From the NCBI RefSeq assembly GCF_026210795.1, contig NC_089430.1:1116001-1180000 (forward strand): a DNA stretch of 64,000 nt, in the 5' to 3' direction. A program made the translations under genes and the position numbers. This DNA is from Rhizophagus irregularis. Lineage: Eukaryota. Positions within the stretch are counted from its first letter, which is position 1. Each line of letters starts with the position of its first letter. This document shows, in pieces, positions 51,486 to 64,000 of the stretch. The notes beneath the pieces were generated by a model. It searched no databases, was not told the DNA's origin, and was given only the letters and a program-made list of their open reading frames with translations.

Positions 51486-52810
51486 TAGAGGTCTGTAAAC
51501 GGGACCCGGAAACCGGAAATGACTGTGCTCGGACCAGTGCTCCGAATCTAACAATATGGTTTTACCTTATTCCGAAACTTTACCGAGTTTTACCGAATGT
51601 ACTGACGGTAATGTAAGGCTGGGGCTCAATGGCCTTACGTGAATATTCCTTTATTAAATAAAATAAAATATTAATTTTCTTAGTTTCCTCCCCACTAATA
51701 GGGAGATATATAATAACATCAATCTAAAAATAAATTATCTAAACTAAAAATAAAACATTCACAATAAAAATAATAAAATAATGAACTAAAATAAAAATAA
51801 AATCGTAAATTCATCAAATAAAAATTATACAAATCCTAAATTCCAACCAAAATGCGATAGATTCCCCTTCCATATTATCAAAAACCATTAAAATATAAAA
51901 TATCTTAATGTGGCAGTTTATTCTCATAAGAAAAAGGCAAAAAAAATCGAATATTAAAAAGAATGTCTAAAATATTAATTTTGAGGTCAAAAGTTGTTAT
52001 TTCTCAGGTCGAAGGTTATGTTCAAGGTGGTCAAACTTCATGTTGTTATATGTCATTATGTCCTTATTATATGAACTAATTAGAATAAACAATGAAAAAG
52101 AAGATTTATTAATAAATGGAGAACGGATAACAAAGGTGAACATCGAAGAAGGAAATCGATATCTAGGAATATAACTTATGATCATCATATTTCTACGTGA
52201 TTATTTCTCAATAATTGATCATTAAGTAACCAATAAAATAATCTTCATTAAAAGGTTGATAGGTTGATAGGTTGATAGTCATAATGATGGTATCCCGCAG
52301 TCAATAAACATTATATCATCATCCTCATTATATTGACTAATAAAATCAATTATTTCCCGAAGTAATAAATTAAAACTATTTCTCAAAATAGTATTAAGAA
52401 CTATCCAATACTAAACATTGCATATGAATCAGTTTAACCTCACGATCCAGGAGGTTTTATATGTATTTCACTTTAAAACACTTCAAAATTCGTAGGTTAT
52501 ATACCTACAATAAATATATTGCTGCAGTTTATAATTAATAAATGCCTTAGACACTACTATTAGGTGTCCCGACTGTCCCGTATATTATGAAATCAGCTGT
52601 AAACCTGTAAACCTGTAAACCTGGATTTTCGTAATTCTGGCCAAAATCGGCTTAATTCTGGCCGAAATTAAACTTGCCAAAATTAAGTTGGCCGATTTTT
52701 TTGTTTTTACAATAAAATGATATAATAATAGTCCGGGTCCGGTCCGGGCTAGGTTTTTAATATATTAAGTCCGTGCCGGGTTGTAAAATAGGGGTCAATG
52801 CAGACCTCTA
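51486..52810. mobile_element. hAT-like non-autonomous element (1325 bp) with a 6-bp TSD
   Basis: TIR TAGAGGTCTG / CAGACCTCTA, subterminal CCGG(A/G) repeats, CAGCAG on both flanks. The paralogous site in unit 2 (~55898) has a single CAGCAG. Confidence 0.85.
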
Positions 52811-53568
52811 CAGCAGATTGCGTTGCTGAAGCTATCCGGTTACCTTTTTTTTTTAAGATTGTAAATTTTTTCAATATTTTTTTTTCATTTTTTTGGCTCT
52901 TTTTTTTTCAAACCGAAAAAAAAAATTTAGTTTTTTATTTTCAGTTTTTTTGTTTAATGCTGAAAGATAAATTTTTTTGTTGGTTCAAACGGAGAAAAAT
53001 TTTTTTTAATCAATTTTTTTTTCAATACCGTGAAATAAATAAATTTTTAATCATTTTTTATATATATAAATTTTTTTTTAATTAGTTTTTATTTTCGATC
53101 ATCGAAAATATAAACTTTTTTTTTCTAATTCTTTTATTTCCGATCTTTTTCAAAACAAAAAAATATTTTCAATTAGGTTTTTTTTTTACTTACAGGTTTT
53201 TTTTATTAATACCATGATTTTTTTCTTATTGTTAAATATAAGATACGCATTTAGAATCTAGAAATTTTGTATTTAATAGTTACCTTATAAAAAATTTTTC
53301 AGAAAAATGATCACATGTCTAAGTTTCTTCGGAATAAAACTACTAGAAAAATGATCATTTATCGGATAGAGGTTTATTTAATAAAGATAAAAGTTTATAT
53401 ATAACAAATCCTGTTTTCCTAAGAGCAGATTGTTACAATCCTCCCTAATACATTATAAAAAGTTTTTATTCATCCGATAATTCATATAAATCAAAATTTA
53501 ATTTATCATATATCACCAAAGCACAGACTTTTAAATATTGTATAATAAAATCAATTATTATTTTTTTA

Positions 53569-54864
53569 CTATGTATTTAATGCATGACCAGGATAAATTC
53601 TTTTACGTTGGATAAACCAATAACTGGTCGCGAGAGTAATAAGACCTGTTCCAAAGATAGATCCAAGAACTGTTGCTACAAATCCACCTTTTGAGATTTG
53701 AACGTTATTAGGAACAGTATTTATCATAGGCGTACTACAACTCGAACCTGCAGAATCAGTTGGACTCAAAACTGCAGAATCAGTTGGACACGAACATGCA
53801 GAACCAGTTGAACTCGAACATGCAGAATCAATTGATGCTCTCCTATTTAAATTTCCATTCAATAAATTTTTGATTTAATTTTTTGAATTATAAGAGAAGA
53901 TTTAATATTAAAAAAAAATTTCAATATACCCCCAAAGATCCCATTTTGTCGCATATTCACAACTAGAACGCGCCAAAGTATTATTAGGACCTTCACTGTT
54001 CATACAAAGGTTAGATGATTTATTCTGTTTAAGAAAAAATAATAGAATCAACTTAGAAATTGCTTATTAATAAAACAAGTATTAAATATAAAGGTTAAAA
54101 AATTTTACCGTTATCGAACATGAAGTATGATATATTGCCCAATCAGTAGAATTTGATTGGATATTACATTTAGCACAATTGATACTAAATCTTTGATTAT
54201 CTGAATTAGCACTTTTAATATTTTTTTAAAAAAAAGAAAAGAAAAATATAATAAATTAAATCAGAATTGATCAAAAAATTATAAAAATTATGTAAAAAGA
54301 TTAAATACAATACTAACTTATGATTTAATACAAAATAATTCATAAAAAGAACTGGGTTTTCCATTTCAATAACTATTATTTAAAATTAAAAAAGACCACG
54401 TTTTTAACTATGATTGTTTAACAATTATTTTGATTGATTAAATTAATAATATATATATATATATACTGTATATATATATATTGTATTTACCAAGTGTTCG
54501 GTAAAAGTCTTCAAACGGTCGAAACTCATAAAAACCAGGTATAGGTTGTGTTAACAGAAAAATTTCATAAGAAAGCGGTTTAATAATATTAGAATTTACT
54601 GTATAGATAGTAGTACCCGGGTTTCTGTACAGTTTTTTAAAATTGGATTTAAAATATTTTTGTTATTAATAAAAGTATAGTTTTACAAATTACTGTAACT
54701 TACGCATCACGAGGATTTAGTTGCAATCGAGTATTGGTATTTGATTGATTTATTGAAAAAACATCCCCATTATTGACTTCTGGAGAACATGATAATACAA
54801 ACGTAGTGAAAAGGCTAATTAATAAGGAGGTTTTGTATAATAATAAAGATCTTGACCAATACAT
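53569..54864 (-). CDS. Predicted type-I membrane protein, copy B (paralogue of 47743-49169); 273 aa, 6 exons
   Basis: Exons 54864-54704, 54624-54491, 54372-54318, 54211-54109, 54024-53930 and 53842-53569 splice in frame, with the same intron positions and phases as copy A. Tail QRKRIYPGHALNT is identical. Confidence 0.82.
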
Positions 54865-55440
54865 CCCTGAATTTGGAATATGAGTGAAAGTGTTTAACAG
54901 TTAATGTAAGAAAATGAAATATTAATGACAGAGTATACTTTTACCGTGCGTGAAAAAAGTGGATAATTATAATTTATATTTTCCTGTACAAACTCCCCTT
55001 TATACATTGCAATTTCTGAACCGTTTCCAGAAAATATTTAGTTTTTTTGGTTAGTATACTTTATTACACTATTTAAGCTACTATATAAGCTAATCTTATT
55101 ACTAAATGTATAATGAAGAACTATTATGGAAATAAAAGAATGGCCAATGATTTGTGTAACCTCATGTCTTACACTCCGATTAAAAATGCAGCGATTGTCT
55201 TGAGTATTTGAATGAACTTTTCAATAATATCATCATTACCATTGGTCAAATTATCGAAATTTTGTTTAAATCTTTTTAAATAGTTCTTCTTCACTTAATT
55301 GATTCATAACGCAAATAAAACTAGTTTATCAGCAAGTTTTATCATTAAATTTTATATTTAAATTTCGATACAGAAAAATCATAATGGGACATATATATAG
55401 TACGATCGGCGTGATTATGAAACTCAAATCGAGATAGTTA

Positions 55441-55611
55441 TTAAAGGTGCAAACTGTCACGTCATAGACGTAACTAGGACGTAATCCTAAGGGGAAGATA
55501 AGTTTGTATTCTATTACTAATTATATTATAATTAAAACATGTAGACGCATGATATATGACGTAACTTTTTTAAGCACGTCATAGACATAACTAGGACGTA
55601 ACCACCCTTAA
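55441..55611. mobile_element. Short-TIR insertion (171 bp) with 7-bp TSD
   Basis: Ends TTAA(A/G)GGTG / CACCCTTAA; ATAGTTA at 55434-55440 and 55612-55618. The empty site in unit 1 (49917-49923) has one ATAGTTA. Internal direct repeat CACGTCATAGAC(G/A)TAACTAGGACGTAA. Confidence 0.8.
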
Positions 55612-58600
55612 ATAGTTATACAAACTTTATTTATAGCAAGAATGTAAATGTCATAAATCTATGCTATCCTTCTTGATATAATTAAGGGTGACACTGAAGA
55701 AGAATCTATATAACAAAAAATTTATCCGATATTTACAAATAATTGCGCAACATGGAAACGCGTGATACAGTATGGGAGCTAATACAGCTCCAATTAATTG
55801 AAATTTTAAACAGAGATTTTTTTTGCCAATGAGATAAATTTAATGTAAAAAAGTTTAATTTGTCTTTTAATTTCTTTTGGGACGATGCAACCAGTCACAG
55901 CAGATTGTGTAGCTGAAGTTATCCGGTTGCCTTTTTTTATAGATTGTAAATTTTTTCAAACAGAAAAAAAAATTTTAGTTTTTTATTTTCAATTTTTTTT
56001 TATTTAATACTGAAAGATATTTTGGTTCAAACAAAAAAAAAATTTTTTTTAATCAATTTTTTTTTCAATACCGTAAAATAAATAAATTTTTAATCATTTT
56101 ATATATATATTTTTTTTTTGGCTCAAACTGAATAATAAAATTTTTTTTAATTAGTTTTTATTTTCGATCGTCGAAAATATATATTTTCGATCTTTTTCAA
56201 AACAAAAAAATATTTTCAATTAGGTTTTTTTTTATTTATAGGTTTTTTTTATTAATACCATGATTTTTTTCTTATTTTTAAATTGAAGAAACGCTCACCC
56301 CAGTGATATTTTCTGAGATGAGGAAATGAAAAATTGTAAGTTGTAGATCCGTAATCAGTCTGACGATTACCAATAAACTTTATGAGAAATAAAATGGTAA
56401 ATAATTATTTTAGAAACGAGCGAGAAATGAAAGTATACAAATAATAATTTGCGAAAACAATCATTGTTTAAAGATTTAACGGACTATTTTTTCTTAATTA
56501 AAAAAACAATTTTTTTTTTAAGAGGAATATCTCCAGAACATATAAGGAAGGCGGAAAATTACGATACTATGGAAAAAGATTTATTAATTTATATTACAAT
56601 ATTTATTAGAACGGTACAAAAAAATCGTATTGATCTCTCTTATTATTCAATGAATCTATCTATAAATTTTAATATAAAAAATAATCTGGACGTTTAAAAA
56701 TATAATAATATTTTTTCTCAATTACATTTTAAAGTCATCAAAAAGTTTATCAAAGTTGACAGAAAAAGTCATCAAAAAAGTCATTAAATCAATAGAAAAA
56801 ATCCATCATCAAAAAAGTATATATATATTTTTTCTATAAAAAAAATGTATGATAGTGTTTTATTAAATTAACCATAAAAAAGGAAATATTTTTCGTTGGA
56901 ATTCCTACGCAATGAAATTTCGTGAATTTTTTATCTCGAGTTGTTCGTATTACGCCACAACATGTTCACATTGTTGATTGTTCAACCCAAATTGTGAACC
57001 AAAATCCGTTCTAAACCTTTACTGATATGGTTAACAATAATGAGCAAAAAGATAAGAAAATGTTCATTTCATTTTACACTTGGCCAACATACAGAAATTT
57101 ATTAATAAAAAATTGATATGATAGAATTATGTTATAACTTATACTGTACGTGCCTCATACAATTTATTGTAAATTTTTTTCGAACATTTTAATAAGACAA
57201 TATTATACCATTATATCAACGCTTATTTATCTACATTACAATTATAAATTGAACCTTGCATATTTTTACAAATATAAAAATTCATTTCTTTTGTCAGTAA
57301 ATAAAATAGACGTCATGTGACTGTTTAATATCGAATTTTTTTTTTGTTGAATTTATCAGTTCCAACTATTCTTATTACATTTGTTCAGTATCAAAGTATA
57401 ATCTTATAAATTCTCTCAACTACTCAATAGAATTAAATATAAAACAAATTATTTGTGATTATATATTTTGATGTTACAACTGCACTCAAGGTAATGCAAT
57501 AGAGATTTTGTATAGAATATCATGTAAACTCAACCATATATAAGTTCATATTGAACATATCTATCATAACATATTATATCTGTAATTCTCAGAGATCAAT
57601 GGAAGAAAAAGATCTGTATGAATTTAACTGATTTGAAAATTAACTTTTTAAACCAAATCTGGAATGATTGATCATTCGGTTATATCAAATGTTGCCGATG
57701 AAATATTTGAATAATTTGAATAATTTATTGTTATAAATAATACTGAAATTATTTCAATTTACTATTTCAATAATAAAAATTAAAAAATGCTTATTGTAAA
57801 TAACAATATCTATTCATTAATTAAATCGTTATTTTTTATAAAATCTTCTTCAATTAACCCTGCTGCGAACCAAGTTTTAAGATAAAAGAGATGCAACGAA
57901 CTTTTTCTGGAAATTGGTCTTTTTTTTTTTTTAATAAGTCATGTAATCTATTTAAGTTAGTATAAACCTCATTAAGAAATATTTTTGTAAATTTGTACAT
58001 CAATAGTTAGCTGAGATCCATATTATAACAAATCCGGAATACTTTAAATCATGGTCATATTAAGCATAAATAGACGGTGCCGAATAGATGTATAAATGGG
58101 ATTCACATTAAAGAATTATTTCAACACAGCCACATGGTACTAAGATTTGTTGGAGAAGATGAGATTTTCATAGACTGTTATTTTAGTGATTATATGTAAT
58201 TAATATAATTTTATGGTAAATTACTTATTTAATAAAGTGGAGCAAAAAAAAAGGAAAAAAAATGTAAATGAAAAATATAAAGCTTATTTATGGTGGGTAA
58301 TCAATAAAATAAGGTACAGTATAATCAAAATTCAAAAGCGCTATAACGCTAAATTGATCACAGGGCCCATGGATGCCACTACGTAGCCCATTTTCATTCG
58401 GTCCATCCAATAATATATAAAATAGGTGCTTATAAAGAGGTGTTCTTATTCAGAGGGTGATTATATGGAGGTCTGACTATAACCAAAATGGTTGTTAATC
58501 ATGTTAATCAAAAGCTTAAAAAAGTTATTTTAAAACGAGTTTGATTAGGATATTTTCATATTTTCAACATTCAATGACCTGTTCAATGTTTGGCGTTTTT

Positions 58601-58745
58601 TTATTAATCAAAAAAATGTACAAATTAAAAATTCCATACTTAGAAATAATGAGATTTTTAATTATATAAATAATTTTATTCTCCTCATTCCCTTTTCTTT
58701 CAAAATTTTCAATTATATAAATCTTTCACTCTTTGTTAAATAAAT

Positions 58746-60067
58746 ATGGGTAAAACATATAAGAAACAATGTAAAAAATGCTTTAATGATAGAAAATGGT
58801 GTAGTCGAACATGTCTTAAAAGTTATTTAAAAAATAATTTTTCAAACTGGACCAGTGGAAATGAAGAAATTGATGACTTTATACGAGAAATGCAATTAAA
58901 ATTGAATGATAAGAATGATGTAGTATTTGAATGGGTACCCCATGACCAGCTTAAAAATTTAAAAAAGATAGGAAAAGGTGGTTTCGCAACGGTATATTCG
59001 GCAATATGGGAGCATGGTCCGTTACATTGTGACGGTAAAAAAAATGATCCAAATTATTTTGATGGTCAATGGAAAAGAGTAGCCCGCGAAAATGTTGCTT
59101 TGAAATGTTTAGATAATTGTAAGAATATCTCTAAAAAATTTTTAAATGAGGTATTAGATCTTATAAACTTTTTTTTTCAATCTTTCTTTTTTATACAATT
59201 AGTGTAATTTTTTTTCTAATTATTAAATAGGTTAGAGCATATTCAAAGGCTAGACGTGGCACAAAGGTTCTAAGCGTATATGGAATATCTCAAAACCCGA
59301 ATACGAAAGAATATATTATGATTCTCGAGTACGCAGACCTTGGAGATCTTTCTTACCGGATAAATAAGAATAAAAATTTTGATTGGTCAAAAAAATTAAA
59401 TAAGCTTATGTATATTATTAATGGTCTTAAAGAAATTCATCAAAAGAAGATGGTTCACCGAGATTTTCATACAGGAAATATATTATTCAAAACTGGTAAA
59501 AATATTGGTTTGGATATACGCATTTCGGATATGGGATTAAGTGGAAAAGTTGGTAATATAGATAATGAAATTTGTGGTGTGATGCCTTATATAGCTCCTG
59601 AAGTGTTAAGAGGAAATCCTTATACACAAGCAGCTGATATATATAGCTTCGGTATGATTATGTATTTTATAGCAACTTTAAGACAACCTTTTCAAAATTG
59701 TGCTCATGATATCTATCTAGCATTAGATATATGTGAAGAAAATAAAAGACCTGAGATAAATAAGTTAGAAGCACCAGAGTGTTATATTGATTTAATGAAA
59801 AGATGTTGGGATCCAGATCCGAACAATAGACCAGATACTAATAAAATATGTAAATTAATTGAGTTATTTCATAGGTCTTATACAACTAAATATCGTAAGT
59901 ATGCTGAAATCAAACAGCAATTTGAAGAAGCTGAAAAGTATAGAATATCAAATCTTCTAATTAAGTCTCAAAAAGAAAATTCCACAGTTACTCATCCACA
60001 AGCTATTTATACGTCTAGATTATTTAATATCTCAGTTATTTCTGAAGGTTTAGGCATGGCAATTTGA
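58746..60067 (+). CDS. TKL-type protein kinase, ~413 aa, 2 exons
   Basis: Exons 58746-59150 and 59231-60067. Motifs IGKGGFA, VALK, HRDFHTGN, DMG, GVMPYIAPE, HPQAIYTSR. Confidence 0.93.
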
Positions 60068-60758
60068 TGAGACAAATTATATTTATTCAATCATTTTATC
60101 AATCAAAGATGTTTGTAATAAGTTTAAGATATTAGGATATACTTGTTTTTTTAATATTTGTCAGTTAGTTATAATGAATAAATCAATTTTTTTAGAACTT
60201 GAAATATTAGATATTGTTTTCTATTTTTTATTTCCTGTTTTTATTTACTTGCTTTATTTTCTTATCTTTTTTTTACTTTTTATTTCTAAAATTTTAAATT
60301 TTTATCAATTTTTTCATTTATTTAAATATTAAATTTACAAATTATTTAAATTTATTTATTAAAAAATCTATTCTGTTTAAATAAAAACTGTGAATTTTAC
60401 AAAGGCGATCAAAGTCTTATATCAGAGAAAGTCCTTAAATTAAATTACTTTATTTATAATGATTAATAAAAATAATAAACTAAGATAATAAACTAGGTTA
60501 TTGATGATCTAGAGAGGACTATAATATCATTGAAATCATTTCTTTACCATCTATAGCAAGTGGCGGAAATTTCGATTAAATTTTTTTCGAATTTTTAGGT
60601 TAATTGATCGGAAAATTTTGTTAATGGTATACATTGATTCTTTATCCGTAGTACATTGATGAAATTTTGGAATTATGTTCACTTATTAAAAGATTCCTGT
60701 AATTCTGTCATGGCTCGAAGGAGCATCTTTAACTTACGCATCATGTGTATGATATTAA

Positions 60759-60853
60759 CGTACGCACCGACTGGTATTAAATTTAACGCTATCACGTGCA
60801 AGTGCATAACTCCTAAACTCTGGTAGGAGATGTACGTACGCACGGTGCGTACG
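60759..60853. mobile_element. TTAA-flanked MITE (95 bp), piggyBac-like
   Basis: TIR CGTACGCACCG / CGGTGCGTACG with TTAA at 60755-60758 and 60854-60857. Confidence 0.7.
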
Positions 60854-62320
60854 TTAAGGAACCTAGACTCGAAGATATTATAAAGCTGAATTCATATAAC
60901 CAGTATTACCGAGATTTTAAAGTCCAAATGGTAACTCCAACTATAGCAATTATTAAATGGTCAAAATACATCAAATTAAAATCTATACAGCCTTTCCTGT
61001 ATTTTATCTAGCATGTCTTTAAGTTCAATAGCTGGAATTCTAATCATCTAAAAGAATACATAATATGGTTTAATATTTTTTACAAATTTTACGAATCAAA
61101 TTTATTGTACCATGAATTTACTGCTGATATATATTAAAAAAAAATGATTTAAATGAGTGTATTGAAATTTTTTAAAAAAAAAATGAAGGTGCGTGTCGTA
61201 TGACAATAACAGTAATGTATGATTATTTGTCAATTTGGCTTGATTGGTTGATATTCCGTCATGTGATTTGAATTGAGAAATACCATCTTTTTTTTTAGTA
61301 TTTATTGTTTAATTACTATTTTTTTTTAAAAAAAATCACTATTTAAATATATTTAGTCATTATTAATTGTTTGCAAATTATTTTTAATAAAAACCTCTTA
61401 GGTTCGAATCAAATAGGAGAATTTTAAAATGATTTAGCTGGATTGATATAATATGGTAAAATTGGTATTTTCTATTTTAAAATCATTAAATTAAAATTAA
61501 TATTTTTGCTATATTTTTATTACTAAATAATGAAAAAAATTATTAAAAAAAAAATGCAATTAAAATTATTGTTAGCATTGATTATATCTAGTACCAAAAT
61601 CATGCCAAACAGTATGATCGATTTTTGAAAAACTATTTAATTATTTGTCTTTAGATTACTCCTTTGACTTCAAAATGAATAGATTGGGCTATCTTTCTGT
61701 GAAATATTTAGTAAGCCTAAAATAAAATATATTTTTTATTTTATTAACTATAAAAATTAATCAATAATGAACGAATTTTTTTCTTCTTATATTAGGTTAG
61801 ATCCGTTGACTGTGGCAAATCTATTAAATTTGAAATAAATAGAAATTTATTTTAAATAAAACTTTTCTCAAAAAGTTATTTTTAAAGATAAAAATATTTA
61901 AGAAATGTAGATGTAAAAGATCACATGAGCAGTAAGGTTCTTAAGACTCCAGCGTACCCTACAAAAATGTCACAAAAATGATCTGCATTAAGAGTTTGGC
62001 CCCGTATTAAGTATAGCGTTCATGTGACAAATAATGTGTAGTAACAAATAGAATTTGTCAACTGAAAAAATTCTCTGTCCTCAAAATACTTATAAAAAAC
62101 AAAAAAGCAGCAGCAGGGGTAACATAGTGATAAAAAATTCGTCATATGATTTTTGTGCATTTTTGCAGGATTTGGTTATTGATTTAATCGATCACGAGTT
62201 ATCATCTTTAATTAAAATTGATTTCTTGACCAAATAAATTTTGCTTAAATTGGACGATCAATTTTACCCTCACAAACCCAGCCATACTAATTGATCATAG
62301 TAATATTATATTATATAATA

Positions 62321-63269
62321 CTAGCAGTTGCCCGTTGCTTCGCACCAGGAGTAGTAGTATTACTATATAATATTAAATTTTTAGTCACAATTAGAAGTTC
62401 ACTTTGATTAATAATTAGATTATGAGAGTAATAAAATATAAATTAATTTAAATAAAATAATATGCAGGTAAATATTGTTATGTATCCATATAATTAAAAA
62501 CAATCTCATCAAAAAAAAAATATTTTTATGTGAATTTATTAGTCAGGAAATAATATTGAAAAAATTAATCTCAATAAACAAAAAAGTTCTCATTACAAAA
62601 TTATTAATATTGTTATGTATCTATATAATTAAAAACAAATTAACTAAAAAAAAATTTGTTGATACTAAAAAAAAATATTTTTACACGAATTTATTAGTCA
62701 GAAACAATATCATTGACTAAAAAAAATCTCATCAAACATCAAAAAATTTGTAGGACATAGTTCTAATTTGATTATAGTTTTGATCCGATCTAAACTAAAA
62801 AAGAATATTAATGTTCTTTTGGGTTAAAAAAAAAATTCTAAAAATTTTGATAAATTCCGATTAAAAAAAATCCAATAAAAATATAATAAAAAAAGAATAA
62901 GAAAAATTTTGGTTAAAGTTAACCGAAGGGATAAAAAAATTAATAAAAAAGATTAAAAAGGTAGTTTCAGTTTTTACGGTAAAATCCGAAAAATAAAAAA
63001 TAAAAAAAAATTATTATTGTTTATCTAATAGAAATGGTTAGTTGTGGTAACTAAGAGAGTAGTAATAACCGTACTTTTTTTTGTTAGTATTAATTTATTA
63101 GAATAAAAAAAAAATCCAATTAAAATTTTAATTAACCGGAAATGTATCAGTTTAAAGATTTTCTTAAACGAAATAGATCGGGCGCAAGAATATCACACTT
63201 TTCAATGTTACACAATTCAAATTATTTATATGGGTAATCTAAATATGACAATTTTTTTAATTAGATAGA
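62321..63269 (-). mobile_element. Non-autonomous Helitron (~950 bp)
   Basis: Minus-strand 3' end CCTGGTGCGAAGCAACGGG (imperfect hairpin) + CAACTG + CTAG|T at 62321. Candidate 5' end A|TCTATCTAATT at 63269 (less certain). Internal ~135-bp duplication around 62470-62720. Confidence 0.65.
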
Positions 63270-64000
63270 TGATGAATAAATATGAATTAGTTTTTTTATG
63301 CGAAAAATTATTATTAAAATGTTAGACAATCGAATATCCTTTTTTTGTTTGATTGAACGACGAAATTGATTAAGAAATCAATTGCACATTGTCAATCAAG
63401 ATTAATCAATTTTTGATTGATCATTCATCTGCAAGATTGATCAATTCATTAAGGATTATTTTTGAGTTAATTAAATACCTAATCCGCAGTCTTTAGTATC
63501 AGTTATTGCTTATCCCACAAATTTTAACAAAAAAAAATATAAATATAAATAACTAGTTGATTGAATGGTCACCCTTACATGACTCTTAATTTAACCCAAA
63601 TTATCAAGTAATTTTTGACTATTTAATAGAAGTTCAAAAATTATAAAACATAAATAAAATTTTAAAAAGTAATAATTTCATGTCACTATTACATGATTAG
63701 TTAAATATTTGATTGGATAATTTTGGTTATATGATTAATTATTATAATTTAATAGTAACTGAAATATTTTTTTCTTATAGACTCTTGTGCAATCATTTAA
63801 CTTTATCTTTTCTTTATTTTCTTCAATAATATACAATTGTTTTTTTAAATACAAATATATTATTTAACTGATTTAAAAAGTTTTACATGAACTTTGTTTT
63901 ATTGAAAAAAATTGAAAACATAAAAAACTCTATGTTAATATTATGCAATATAAAGCCAATCAAACTCATAGTTATTACATCACAGATCACAGTCCAAGCT

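Larger units (their letters stand above)
47352..56285. repeat. Tandem segmental duplication: unit 1 ~47352-53235, unit 2 ~53242-56285
   Basis: Both units start GATACGCATTTAGAAT, carry the same 6-exon gene and upstream region, and end in a ~400-bp T-rich block beginning CAGCAGATTG (52811 and ~55898). The length difference comes from insertions and indels. Confidence 0.9.

Noticed and set aside
12319..62720. Numerous 60-130-aa F/I/L/K-rich ORFs (e.g. 12319, 13853, 14773, 25486, 26729, 42225, 44311, 50883, 52798, 56449, 62475)
   Set aside because: Low-complexity products of AT-rich DNA or antisense to real exons, often with non-ATG starts.

Overview
Very AT-rich eukaryotic DNA with short (~60-90 nt) GT-AG introns. 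The gene content is typical of an arbuscular mycorrhizal fungus (Glomeromycotina, Rhizophagus-like); this is inferred from gene families, not a database match. I reconstructed seven tyrosine-kinase-like (TKL) kinase genes exon by exon, including one non-RD kinase, one intact pseudokinase next to its active paralogue and one kinase-Sel1 fusion. The window also has an F-box/LRR-type gene, an F-box pseudogene fragment, a decayed Crinkler (CRN) NTPase+nuclease gene, and a tandem pair of predicted type-I membrane proteins with a beta-trefoil/ricin-B-like ectodomain. A 5-exon orphan helical protein with a hydrophobic hairpin is seen only in fragments in the ORF track. The left edge holds an rve integrase (missed by the ORF track) and a divergent zinc-ribbon gene, a pairing that suggests a Maverick/Polinton-like element. 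Intergenic DNA contains many non-autonomous transposons (hAT-like, Tc1/mariner-pogo-like, TTAA-, 3-bp-, 4-bp- and 7-bp-TSD MITEs, Helitrons), several confirmed by empty sites in duplicated copies. Other notable features are a ~560-bp tandem macro-repeat, a regular non-coding micro-exon array and a recurrent TAATTCTGGCC motif. No rRNA, tRNA or CRISPR array was seen. Exon boundaries are manual predictions.
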